The translations under genes and the position numbers were made by a program. DNA of 64,000 bases, from the IMG/VR virus record IMGVR_UViG_3300045988_129445. The stretch is one strand, 5' to 3'. The notes under the pieces were generated by a model. The model was not told the DNA's origin and searched no databases. It saw only the letters and a program-made list of their open reading frames with translations. Below, piece by piece: positions 18,392 through 27,238 of this stretch. This DNA is from a virus. Position 1 is the first letter of the stretch. Every line of letters starts with the position of its first letter.

Positions 18392-19134
18392 TATTTGTAA
18401 CAGGAGACACACATGGGGATTGGATGACTCGATTAAACAGTCATTCTTTCCCTGAAGGCGTAGGGCTGACTAATGATGATTACGTGATCATTTGCGGAGA
18501 TTTTGGATTGTGGCATGACACAAAAGAAGAACGACATAATCTGGAATGGTTGGACAACAAACCATTTACTACTTTGTTTGTATGTGGGAACCATGAAAAT
18601 TATGATCGGCTGTACGAATATCCTGTAGAAGAATGGAATGGAGGAAAGATTCATAAGATTCGTGATTCTGTTTTTCATCTCATGCGAGGACAGGTATTTG
18701 ATATCCAGGGAAAGAGATTCTTCACATTTGGTGGAGCTAGTTCTCACGATGTTCAGGATGGGATTTTAGAGCCAGACGATCCAAGAATTAGTAAGTGGTA
18801 CAGAGATTATGACAAAATGTTTAGGATCAATCATACGTCATGGTGGAAAGAGGAGTTGCCTTCTGATAAAGAGATGGCAGAGGGTGTGATGAATTTGGAG
18901 AAAAATGACTTTCAAGTAGATTACGTTATTACACATAGCCCATACACATCTGTTTTAAGACAAATGGATGGCGGAGCAGGGTTGTACCAATCTGATAAGT
19001 TAACGGATTATTTACAGCAAATAAAGGACAAAGTGATTTATCAAAAATGGTTCTTTGGGCATATGCACGTTAATAAAAATTTTCTGTGGGATAATGCGAT
19101 TGCAATTTACGAACAGATAATTAGAATTTCATAA
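18388..19134 (+). CDS. calcineurin-like metallophosphoesterase (Ser/Thr protein-phosphatase family), 248 aa
   Basis: GDTHG, GDFGLW and GNHE motifs; start overlaps the recombinase stop (ATGA), so the two are co-operonic. Confidence 0.75.
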   Translation: MIFVTGDTHGDWMTRLNSHSFPEGVGLTNDDYVIICGDFGLWHDTKEERHNLEWLDNKPFTTLFVCGNHENYDRLYEYPVEEWNGGKIHKIRDSVFHLMRGQVFDIQGKRFFTFGGASSHDVQDGILEPDDPRISKWYRDYDKMFRINHTSWWKEELPSDKEMAEGVMNLEKNDFQVDYVITHSPYTSVLRQMDGGAGLYQSDKLTDYLQQIKDKVIYQKWFFGHMHVNKNFLWDNAIAIYEQIIRIS

Positions 19135-19146
19135 GGAGAATTTTGT

Positions 19147-19467
19147 ATGAAGATAAATACAATTAGACAAAATAAAGAAGAAAAGAAAGTAAACCAGAAT
19201 CTTATGTGGATTTCAGCAGAGATTCCACCGCTAAAACCAGATAACGCATCACGTTATATGAGATATAAAACATATCCTGTGATTGTAGATTACGAATATA
19301 ATGACGGATGCGTGGATGAAGTGCTTGATTTTTGCGACTATGACTTTGAGGAAAAGAAGTGGAAACTGGATAAGCCTCATAAAGTTAGACAGTATTTCCC
19401 ACTTCCAAGTAAGCACAAAGTAAAGTGTTCGAACAAAAAGAGAACATTTGTTCGAAAAATATCTTGA
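19147..19467 (+). CDS. hypothetical protein (106 aa)
   Basis: AAGGAGAATTTTGTATG context. Confidence 0.45.
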   Translation: MKINTIRQNKEEKKVNQNLMWISAEIPPLKPDNASRYMRYKTYPVIVDYEYNDGCVDEVLDFCDYDFEEKKWKLDKPHKVRQYFPLPSKHKVKCSNKKRTFVRKIS

Positions 19468-19539
19468 TTTTGTTCTATAGTAGCATTATAATAAGAAATG
19501 TAGAGATTCTTTGTTCACAATAAAAATTAACTTTCTTTC

Positions 19540-19578
19540 TTGCACCTATTGACAGGGTGCAAAAAGTATGGTATATTT
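19540..19578 (+). promoter_or_regulatory. promoter (-35 TTGACA, 17-nt spacer, -10 TATATT) nested inside the palindrome TTGCACC-N9-GGTGCAA
   Basis: TTGCACCTATTGACAGGGTGCAA; a near-identical element lies at 62646-62683 and a related spacer at 34072-34100. Confidence 0.5.
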
Positions 19579-19626
19579 AATTCATGAAAATAAAAAATGC
19601 AACTGGGGAAAGTTGAGGGACGTAAA

Positions 19627-20076
19627 ATGAACGGATATACTAACAAAGAAAGAAAAGGAAACGATAACAGAAAAAGAAAAGAATATGTATATGGCAAATA
19701 TCAAAATCCTCAAGTTTGGGGAATATATTTTGCAGATTTGCCGAAAATTGAAGGTAGTCACATCTTGCATGGGAAAAGACCAGTCATCGTATATTCTAAT
19801 AATATTTGTAATAATACGAGCACCGAGATTAACGTGTATCCAATTACAAAAAAATTAAGGAACTGGATACCGACACATGTGACCATTTATCCAAATACCA
19901 GTAATGGATTAAAAATGGTATCACAGGTGTATTTAGAGCAAGGAAGAACAATTCCAAAGAATAATCTTTTAGAGTATTGGGGAAGAATATCTGATCTATC
20001 TTTAATGTTAAAAATAGGACATGGCATTTTAATACAAAACGGCATGTTATCGTACATGAATGCAATGGCATCCTAG
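19627..20076 (+). CDS. MazF/PemK-family endoribonuclease-like toxin (149 aa from ATG 19627)
   Basis: VWGIYFADLPKIEGSHILHGKRPVIVYSNNICNNTSTEINVYPITKKLRNWIPTHVTIYP...VSQVYLEQGRTIPKNNLL follows the PemK/MazF pattern (G-I-f-dL-p-G-E-gkRP-vVvs-vi-v-PiTs); GAGGGA ribosome-binding site. Confidence 0.6.
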   Translation: MNGYTNKERKGNDNRKRKEYVYGKYQNPQVWGIYFADLPKIEGSHILHGKRPVIVYSNNICNNTSTEINVYPITKKLRNWIPTHVTIYPNTSNGLKMVSQVYLEQGRTIPKNNLLEYWGRISDLSLMLKIGHGILIQNGMLSYMNAMAS

Positions 20077-20078
20077 AA

Positions 20079-21107
20079 ATGGAGAATATTATGAATAATA
20101 AAGAATTGATACAAAATTATATAGATTCTCACGTATCAGAATCACGTCGCCCAACATGGAATTGGTTGTTAGATTCTGATATTGCGGACGACAATGAATC
20201 TGGGTTAACGTATGCACCAGGTACAATCCAAGAGGCTATATTATCAGATACTAGAGGTAAAAAAACCAAAAGTATGAATTCTATTAAAAAAAGATATGAC
20301 CAGCTCGTTAAACTATATACTTATGCATATGAACAAAATTACATTAAATATAATCCATTTGTTAATGATAAATTTATAAACTTGCAATTAGCAGTTGATA
20401 TATATTTCTCAAATAGAGTGAGTGTTAATTATGTTACACCAGATAAAATAAATGCGTTTATTTCTAATTTAATGTCGTGTAATGCATCAACTGATACCAA
20501 ATTGAATACTAGATTTCACATTGTGAGTTTATATAATGGGATAAATGGAAAGGAGCTAAGAAATCTAAAATTCTCAGATATTAATCAAAATGATTTAACA
20601 ATTTTTGGGAAACCAGTCTCCAAAGATTTTATTGAGACATTGAATGAATATAAATTGAAAATGGGAGATACGAATATATATCATGATTTTGTATTAATAC
20701 CACGAAAAAAATGTAATAATATAGAAGAATATCAAGCAGAGCAAAAGAGGATATATAATAATGTGCAGTCTCAATTAGAATTAACTGGTAACACTTTATC
20801 TTATGAGAAATTGACAACCATTGATGTTATTAATTCTGGTTTTATACAATATTTGAAATCTAAAATGGATATCAAAGCAATTGCAGATTTATATTATGTT
20901 AAATCAAAAGAAGGAATTGCACGATCTGTAATCGCACGTCAATTTAGTGATATTGCAATTGATTTTTATTATAATTATTATATATCATATCGAGTAAAAA
21001 AGAAGCAATTTAGTGATCGTCAAACTGTAATTGGTAAAACTATCGGTTATTTATATAACGATGAAGACTATAAGCAGTATCGTGTAAATCAAATTATGAC
21101 AGAATAA
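20079..21107 (+). CDS. integrase-like protein with SAM-like N-domain but degenerate catalytic box (342 aa); probably non-catalytic
   Basis: SLYNGINGKELRNLKFSDI aligns with recombinase box I (aLytGlRisEllaLkwsDi), but the catalytic Arg is replaced by Asn; HxxR and Tyr boxes not recognisable; lower-GC gene. Confidence 0.4.
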   Translation: MENIMNNKELIQNYIDSHVSESRRPTWNWLLDSDIADDNESGLTYAPGTIQEAILSDTRGKKTKSMNSIKKRYDQLVKLYTYAYEQNYIKYNPFVNDKFINLQLAVDIYFSNRVSVNYVTPDKINAFISNLMSCNASTDTKLNTRFHIVSLYNGINGKELRNLKFSDINQNDLTIFGKPVSKDFIETLNEYKLKMGDTNIYHDFVLIPRKKCNNIEEYQAEQKRIYNNVQSQLELTGNTLSYEKLTTIDVINSGFIQYLKSKMDIKAIADLYYVKSKEGIARSVIARQFSDIAIDFYYNYYISYRVKKKQFSDRQTVIGKTIGYLYNDEDYKQYRVNQIMTE

Positions 21108-21125
21108 AGGAAGGGAATTTTATAT

Positions 21126-21491
21126 ATGGACAATCAAATATTAAAAACATTGGTAGCGAATCAATCAAATCAAATGCGTGTTGATGTACTTGATTTGCAC
21201 TCGTCAGAAATGTCATCTTGGTTTCTGAGTGAATATAAGATTCGAGCAGATGACGGAAAGATGAAGATCTATGGCAAAGATAAAGATCTTTCATATCATT
21301 GGATCGAGTTTATTCAAGATGACAATTTGTTCTCTCATATTAAGCAGGACGACATATTTGACATAATCAAATGCCTGCAATTTACATACAAAGAGAGATA
21401 CAATATTGGAATTAAAATACAGACAATAAAAAAGAAAGCAGAAGTCTTTGGCAAAACTTCTACTTTCACACAAACTAATAATTCTAACTAA
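21126..21491 (+). CDS. hypothetical protein (121 aa)
   Basis: AAGGAAGGGAATTTTATATATG context. Confidence 0.45.
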   Translation: MDNQILKTLVANQSNQMRVDVLDLHSSEMSSWFLSEYKIRADDGKMKIYGKDKDLSYHWIEFIQDDNLFSHIKQDDIFDIIKCLQFTYKERYNIGIKIQTIKKKAEVFGKTSTFTQTNNSN

Positions 21492-21567
21492 ACAAATAAT
21501 AAATAACAAAAAAAGATTTTTTGAATCTACCGTGTTGGCAGCACGATAGAAAATCGAATTAAGTATT

Positions 21568-21625
21568 TAGAATTGTTTAATAGATAAGGATATTATTATC
21601 CTTAAAATCATTATAACAATTCTAA
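21568..21625 (+). repeat. nested inverted repeat: outer TAGAATTGTT/AACAATTCTA around inner AAGGATA-ttat-TATCCTT
   Basis: Read directly from the sequence; lies in the 190-bp gap between the genes at 21126 and 21685. Confidence 0.5.
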
Positions 21626-21684
21626 ACATGTTCGTCAACATGAAAATTTTTCCAAAAAACTACAATTAAATACAGGAGTGATGT

Positions 21685-22335
21685 ATGAAATATATAATTA
21701 CGAATGAAGAGTTCTATGTGAAAAGAGATCATGCAAGAAATAAATACGTTCGTGATAATCGTAAGTCTGAAGCTACTCAATTTACCTCCAAGCAAGCAAA
21801 GCACATTTTAGGTTTGAAGCATAAATATACGTGGATGAAAGACGGATTTTATGCCAGAGAAATTGAGCTAGGTAAAGTTGGAAAACCTATGGAATCTAGT
21901 GAAATAATGCGTAAGGGTAATGGAAATTGCTTTATGGATTGGGAATGTGATAATACATTGATCGATAACATAGAGACTGAGGAAAGAGCTATAGTAGGAC
22001 TTCTAGCATATGACTCAGATCAATTAGGAGAAAAGAAGTTTGAATTAGAGCAGGCATTATCATATGCCGATTCTGCCAGAAGTGATATTCTTCATGCGAT
22101 TGAGTTTAAAAAGATTGATGCTGCGAAACGTGCAGTGATTGTTGGGTATCTTAAAACCTTACAAGAATTACACAGAAAGATCAAGAATTGTATTCGATAC
22201 ATAGAAGTGATGCAGAATTGCATGGATAATCAGAAAGATATATGTACTTTGAAGAAAGAATTAAAAGATGCAGAACATAAGTCGTATGTCGGCAGGACAA
22301 AGTATTATGAGCTGATCCAGAATATAATCGGGTAG
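21685..22335 (+). CDS. hypothetical protein (216 aa)
   Basis: AGGAGTGATGTATG context. Confidence 0.5.
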   Translation: MKYIITNEEFYVKRDHARNKYVRDNRKSEATQFTSKQAKHILGLKHKYTWMKDGFYAREIELGKVGKPMESSEIMRKGNGNCFMDWECDNTLIDNIETEERAIVGLLAYDSDQLGEKKFELEQALSYADSARSDILHAIEFKKIDAAKRAVIVGYLKTLQELHRKIKNCIRYIEVMQNCMDNQKDICTLKKELKDAEHKSYVGRTKYYELIQNIIG

Positions 22336-22418
22336 AGTTTCTTCCTTATTATATATGATGACTCGCACAGGCATTTGTGCAAAATTAAAATGTAAATATT
22401 ATGTTAAAAAGGAGAAAT

Positions 22419-22856
22419 ATGGGCATTTACATACAAAAGTTTGGGAAATTAGGACAAAGATATTTTAAACCAGATGAAATAGAATATAGTCCACACTCAG
22501 GAGACTGCATTAAAGTATTAAATAAGCAAAATGGAAAAGAAAAAACATATGTAGTGATTAATGAAGATGTAGGTGATCTACGATTACATACAAGAGAGTT
22601 AATGCCAAGAGTTCATTATACAATCTGCGATGAAAAACATTTGGATAATATTTATATGTTCAGTGTTTCAGCTTTGCTTGATAAAGAAAGGTGGATATTG
22701 CGTATATATGATTCGTTTGGTATTGAAAGAAAACGAAATGGAATATATTCGTTTGTCGATACGTTAGATTCAGATGTCATTATTACCATTTTGATAGGAA
22801 AATATAAGCGTGAAGATACATTTAATGTAAAAGTACCTTGTGAATTAAGAAATTAA
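22419..22856 (+). CDS. hypothetical protein (145 aa), paralogous to the N-terminal domain of the next gene; start moved to ATG 22419
   Basis: AAAAGGAGAAAT ribosome-binding site; GIYIQKFGKLGQRYFKPDEIEYSPHSGDCIKVL compared with GVWVQTKGRHRKRLDSDDEIRLSIGDYIQVF in the 22871 ORF. Confidence 0.45.
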   Translation: MGIYIQKFGKLGQRYFKPDEIEYSPHSGDCIKVLNKQNGKEKTYVVINEDVGDLRLHTRELMPRVHYTICDEKHLDNIYMFSVSALLDKERWILRIYDSFGIERKRNGIYSFVDTLDSDVIITILIGKYKREDTFNVKVPCELRN

Positions 22857-22870
22857 AAAAGGAGAATCGT

Positions 22871-24175
22871 ATGGAAGAAAATAAAACGGGCGTTTGGGTG
22901 CAGACTAAAGGCAGACACAGGAAGAGACTTGATAGTGATGATGAAATTCGTTTGAGCATTGGAGATTATATACAAGTATTTTCCGATGTTGATAATGTAC
23001 TTTTCAAGGTAGTAAGTGTCGAATATAACAGAAGTAGAGGATCGAACTTTCAAAAACTTTTGCCTGTATGTAGTGTATTTGGGGAAGATGATAAAGCCAT
23101 TGATCCAACAGCTACAGGGTTACATCGTTTAATATATACGAAAATAAATAGTAATAATAAGATGTTGTTTGATGGTGATTTATATAGGTATATTAATTGT
23201 GTTGTTCGAACTTCAGATGAACTACAAGTTGTGCTTATTCGTGGAACAATGAATGAAGACCTCGAGATTAAGACAGGTACGATTTCAGCTGACGAAATAA
23301 AAATTGGCACATTAGCCCCACCACCACTTTCAGAAAGAAGAGGTTCTTTCCTGCCATACTATCAGCAAAAACCAATTACTGCAACGTCAGAAGCAGCAAA
23401 GAATTTTAAAAAAGAATATTATGGAACATTTGGAGCTGAACGTGAATTAAAGTCACAGATACCAACAATAGAACTGGATCAGACGTTAAAAAAGATTGCT
23501 GGCAGAATGGACAACATCATGATTAGCGATTTAAGAACAAATCACATCGAATTTAAGGAGAAAGAAATGTATACAAAGAATTTAAAAGAAATGATCAAGA
23601 AACCGATTTATGTTGACAAAGAAATTACTGTGAAGGAACCAATGTTAGATAACAACGGTAAGCAGATCGAAAAAGATGGTAAGCCAGTGTTTAAAGTAAA
23701 ACATTATCATGGAATGGTTAAAATCTTATGGGTTAGTGGAGCAGAAACTGTTGCGTATGTAGAGGGAAATGATGTGTATGACAGAGAAAATGGCTTCAAA
23801 ACTTGTGTATTAAAATACCTTTGTGGTAACGCAGGTGCTCATGATGCAGTTGACTTCTGGACAAACAAATATGTGAAATACCCAAGCAGCTGTGTGGAAG
23901 TGACAGAAAATTTATGCAAACTGGAAGAGATCATCGAGAACGATAAGCACAGAGAAGAGGAACGCAAAGGTTTACCTCATGCAAAATTCTTGAGAAGAAC
24001 GGTGGATCGTTTAGTACCTAGCTTTTCAGATGACAAATTACATTATGCACCAGAAGATGAAAAGCTTGCTAATGAATTTAAGAAATTAGCAAAGAAATAT
24101 TTTCCAGAACTTAAATGTAGGGAAATTTATATTAATGATAGAAAACAGGAAGACGTTTTCGTAGCAATTAAATAA
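22871..24175 (+). CDS. hypothetical protein (434 aa) with N-terminal domain duplicated from the 22419 ORF
   Basis: AAAAGGAGAATCGTATG context; no recognisable catalytic motif. Confidence 0.5.
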   Translation: MEENKTGVWVQTKGRHRKRLDSDDEIRLSIGDYIQVFSDVDNVLFKVVSVEYNRSRGSNFQKLLPVCSVFGEDDKAIDPTATGLHRLIYTKINSNNKMLFDGDLYRYINCVVRTSDELQVVLIRGTMNEDLEIKTGTISADEIKIGTLAPPPLSERRGSFLPYYQQKPITATSEAAKNFKKEYYGTFGAERELKSQIPTIELDQTLKKIAGRMDNIMISDLRTNHIEFKEKEMYTKNLKEMIKKPIYVDKEITVKEPMLDNNGKQIEKDGKPVFKVKHYHGMVKILWVSGAETVAYVEGNDVYDRENGFKTCVLKYLCGNAGAHDAVDFWTNKYVKYPSSCVEVTENLCKLEEIIENDKHREEERKGLPHAKFLRRTVDRLVPSFSDDKLHYAPEDEKLANEFKKLAKKYFPELKCREIYINDRKQEDVFVAIK

Positions 24176-24197
24176 CAAAATGAAAAGGAGATAAATT

Positions 24198-26267
24198 ATG
24201 TGTACACCAATGAATGAAAACTGGAGCAATTTTTTAAACAAATTGTCAGAGCGTTTAAATAAAATGCTCGATTATGTAGAGAAAAACAATTCTACATTGT
24301 ATGAAACCGATATTGATAAAGATGAACTTTGGGAAGTATATCTGAGTAGTTTTCCCGAAGGAACTAACAAGATGTATCGCAAGCGAAGAGAATACGATTG
24401 TGGTCATTGCCGAAACTTTATTAAAACAATCGGTGGAGCTGTGGCAATTGTTGACGGCAAGATTCATACAATCTGGGAGATCGACACAGATGATGTAGTA
24501 TTTCAGCCAGTAGTTGATGCTTTAAGAACATATGTCGAATCAAAGCCGATCAAAGATATTTGGAGACATTTTACAAATACAGTTGGAGTAAAAAGTACAA
24601 ATGAGTATACAGAAGATAAGCAGATTATCAAATGGACTCATATGTATACACCGATTCCAGAGAGATTACTAGAAAGAAAATCCGATATTCCTACAGCAAA
24701 AGCAAAAGTTAGAGATCGAAAGAATGTGTTTAAAAGATCACTCGATGAGATTACAGAAGAAGCTGTTGATACCGTATTAGAACTGATCGCTTCAAATACT
24801 CTTTACAGAGGACAGGAATGGGAAAGAGTCTTAAAAGACTTTAGAAAATATCAGCGAGAATATAATGCTTTGTCTGATGAAGAAAAAGATACATACACAT
24901 GGGCAAAAGCAATGACTATCGGAGATGTAATTGGTCGTATTAGAAACCATAGTATTGGTACATTGCTTGTAAATATCAGTGAGGATATGGACTTAGATAA
25001 TGCGGTTAAGGCTTATGAAAATGTTGTAGCTCCTGCGAATTACAAACGACCAAAGGCAATTTTTACAAAGAAAATGCTTGAGGATGCAAAGAAAACTGTG
25101 ACTGATTTAGGATATATGGATTCATTACAGCGTAGATTTGCGGAACTTGATGATATTACAGTCAACAATATCCTGTTTTGTAATCGTGATGCAGCCCCAC
25201 GTATTCAGGGCGGTTTAGATATTTTCGATGAGATGAGTAAGGAAGTTGCTGTAAATCCTAAGAAGTTCTCTAAAGTCGAAGAAATCAGTGCAGAGAAATT
25301 CGTATCAGATGTACTTCCAACGGCAAAAGAATTAGAAGTTCTGTTTGAAAATCGTCACAAGAAGAATATGGTTTCACTGATCGCACCTGTAAATAAAGAT
25401 GCTAAGAACATGATGAAGTGGAGTAATCCTTTCAGCTGGGCATATTCAGGAAATATGACAGACAGTGAAATGAAAGAAAGAGTTAAGAACGCAGGTGGTG
25501 CAGTTGATGGAGTTTTAAGATTCTCAATTCAGTGGAATGCAAATACAGATTGGAATCAGGACGATTTTGATGCACATTGCAGAACTCCACGTCATCATAT
25601 CTATTATGCTTCAATGCATGATTATGCAACTGGTGGAAGCCTTGATGTTGATGTAACTCATCCACATAGAGGAGAGCCTGCCGTAGAAAATATTACATGG
25701 GCAGATAAATCCAAAATGGTTGACGGAGAATATGAATTTTTCGTAAGAAATTTTGCTCATAGAAATGGAGTTTCTGGATTTACAGCAGAGATTGAATTTG
25801 ATGGACAGATTTATGAATTTGAATATGATAAGCCTTTACGTCAGAACGAAGATGTTCCAGTAGCTACAGTTACATTAAAAGATGGTGTGTTTACAATCAA
25901 AGAGAAACTTCCATCAACAACATCTTCAAGAGAAATCTGGGGCGTCAATACAAATCAGTTTGTGCCAGTAACAGTAATGTGTTATTCACCTAACTATTGG
26001 GATGAACAGACAGGTATTGGACACAAACATTATCTGTTTATGTTAAACGGATGCGTAAATGAAGATACACCAAATGGATTCTTTAATGAATTTTTGAAAC
26101 AGGAATTAGTACAGCACAAGAGAGTATTCGAGGCTTTAGGAAGCAAGATGCATGTCGCAGATGATCCAAACCAGCTATCAGGAATTGGTTTCAGTTCTAC
26201 AAAACGAGATGATGTAATCGTTAAAGTCAAGGGTGCAACAGAAAGAGTTCTTAAAATTAAATTTTAA
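24198..26267 (+). CDS. large hypothetical protein (689 aa)
   Basis: AAAGGAGATAAATTATG context; no motif recognised by eye; sits immediately upstream of the NAD module. Confidence 0.55.
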   Translation: MCTPMNENWSNFLNKLSERLNKMLDYVEKNNSTLYETDIDKDELWEVYLSSFPEGTNKMYRKRREYDCGHCRNFIKTIGGAVAIVDGKIHTIWEIDTDDVVFQPVVDALRTYVESKPIKDIWRHFTNTVGVKSTNEYTEDKQIIKWTHMYTPIPERLLERKSDIPTAKAKVRDRKNVFKRSLDEITEEAVDTVLELIASNTLYRGQEWERVLKDFRKYQREYNALSDEEKDTYTWAKAMTIGDVIGRIRNHSIGTLLVNISEDMDLDNAVKAYENVVAPANYKRPKAIFTKKMLEDAKKTVTDLGYMDSLQRRFAELDDITVNNILFCNRDAAPRIQGGLDIFDEMSKEVAVNPKKFSKVEEISAEKFVSDVLPTAKELEVLFENRHKKNMVSLIAPVNKDAKNMMKWSNPFSWAYSGNMTDSEMKERVKNAGGAVDGVLRFSIQWNANTDWNQDDFDAHCRTPRHHIYYASMHDYATGGSLDVDVTHPHRGEPAVENITWADKSKMVDGEYEFFVRNFAHRNGVSGFTAEIEFDGQIYEFEYDKPLRQNEDVPVATVTLKDGVFTIKEKLPSTTSSREIWGVNTNQFVPVTVMCYSPNYWDEQTGIGHKHYLFMLNGCVNEDTPNGFFNEFLKQELVQHKRVFEALGSKMHVADDPNQLSGIGFSSTKRDDVIVKVKGATERVLKIKF

Positions 26268-26289
26268 TATAGAAAAAGGAGATTGAATT

Positions 26290-26679
26290 ATGACAACAGA
26301 AAACTTATTCGAAATGGCAACTAGAAGTAAAATGAGATTCCCATCAACAAAGGGAGAATTATCCGTAGAAGATTTATGGGATTTATCTGATAAAGATTTA
26401 GACGTGGTTTATAAAAATCTGAAAGATCAGGAAGTTAAATCTTCAGAAGAAAGTCTATTGGATGATGCAAATGTTGATCCAAAATTAACGGCTGCGATTG
26501 GTATTGTGAAGTATATCTTTACAACAAAACGTAATGAGAGACTTGCTGAGAAGGAACGTATTAATAAGAAACTGACACAGAGAAAATATATTGATGCTCT
26601 TTCCAAGAAACAGGATGAGGCTATTGAGAAGATGTCAGAAGCAGAATTACGTGCAATGATTGATTCGTTAGAAGATTAA
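26290..26679 (+). CDS. hypothetical protein (129 aa)
   Basis: AAAGGAGATTGAATTATG context. Confidence 0.5.
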   Translation: MTTENLFEMATRSKMRFPSTKGELSVEDLWDLSDKDLDVVYKNLKDQEVKSSEESLLDDANVDPKLTAAIGIVKYIFTTKRNERLAEKERINKKLTQRKYIDALSKKQDEAIEKMSEAELRAMIDSLED

Positions 26680-26687
26680 GATAATAC

Positions 26688-26720
26688 ACCCACCCGTCAA
26701 ATTTGACGGGTGTGTGTTTA
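26688..26720 (+). terminator. strong hairpin (CACCCGTCA-aatt-TGACGGGTG) with weak T-tract; terminator or attenuator
   Basis: 9-bp GC-rich stem read from the sequence; followed by TGTGTTTA. Confidence 0.35.
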
Positions 26721-26736
26721 AAGAAAGGAGACTGGA

Positions 26737-27204
26737 ATGATTTATAAATTAGAATTAGGCGACTGGTCGGAAGATGGGCATAAAATATCAGAAAGTTTTT
26801 TATTTGATTGTAACTATGATATTCATAAAATTCGACAAGCGTATAAAGACAGTTGTAAAAAGCTAGGAGTAGCTTTTAATTACAATGAAGATTATACGGG
26901 TCTAGGTCTTGGTTATAGAAGTGAGAGACTGATTTGGACAGAGTATCAAGAATCAGAAATGAGCGAAACAGCATTTGAAATTTTAAATAATTCTGGGTGT
27001 TTTAAAGAGGTTGATTTCTATAAAGAAGATGGCGTGTATTATATCGAAGAAAGGAAAGATTGTGCAAAACTTATTATGAATTTTATCGCACTGTCTATGC
27101 CTGAAGATTTTCGATATAAGCTTGTCCAAGAGCCAAAAGTTGAATCGATTAATAGTTGGAATGATGAACTGAGACAGCACTTTGGGTATGGATTATTTGA
27201 TTAA
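26737..27204 (+). CDS. hypothetical protein (155 aa)
   Basis: AAGGAGACTGGAATG context. Confidence 0.5.
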   Translation: MIYKLELGDWSEDGHKISESFLFDCNYDIHKIRQAYKDSCKKLGVAFNYNEDYTGLGLGYRSERLIWTEYQESEMSETAFEILNNSGCFKEVDFYKEDGVYYIEERKDCAKLIMNFIALSMPEDFRYKLVQEPKVESINSWNDELRQHFGYGLFD

Positions 27205-27238
27205 TAAAACAGTAATTTAAAGGAAGGAGAAACTAATA

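Noticed and set aside
24198-26267. 689-aa protein as a T4 Alt-like ADP-ribosyltransferase, prompted by its size and its adjacency to the NAD module
   Set aside because: No R / S-T-S / E-x-E ADP-ribosyltransferase motif triad could be found by eye. The idea rests on size only.
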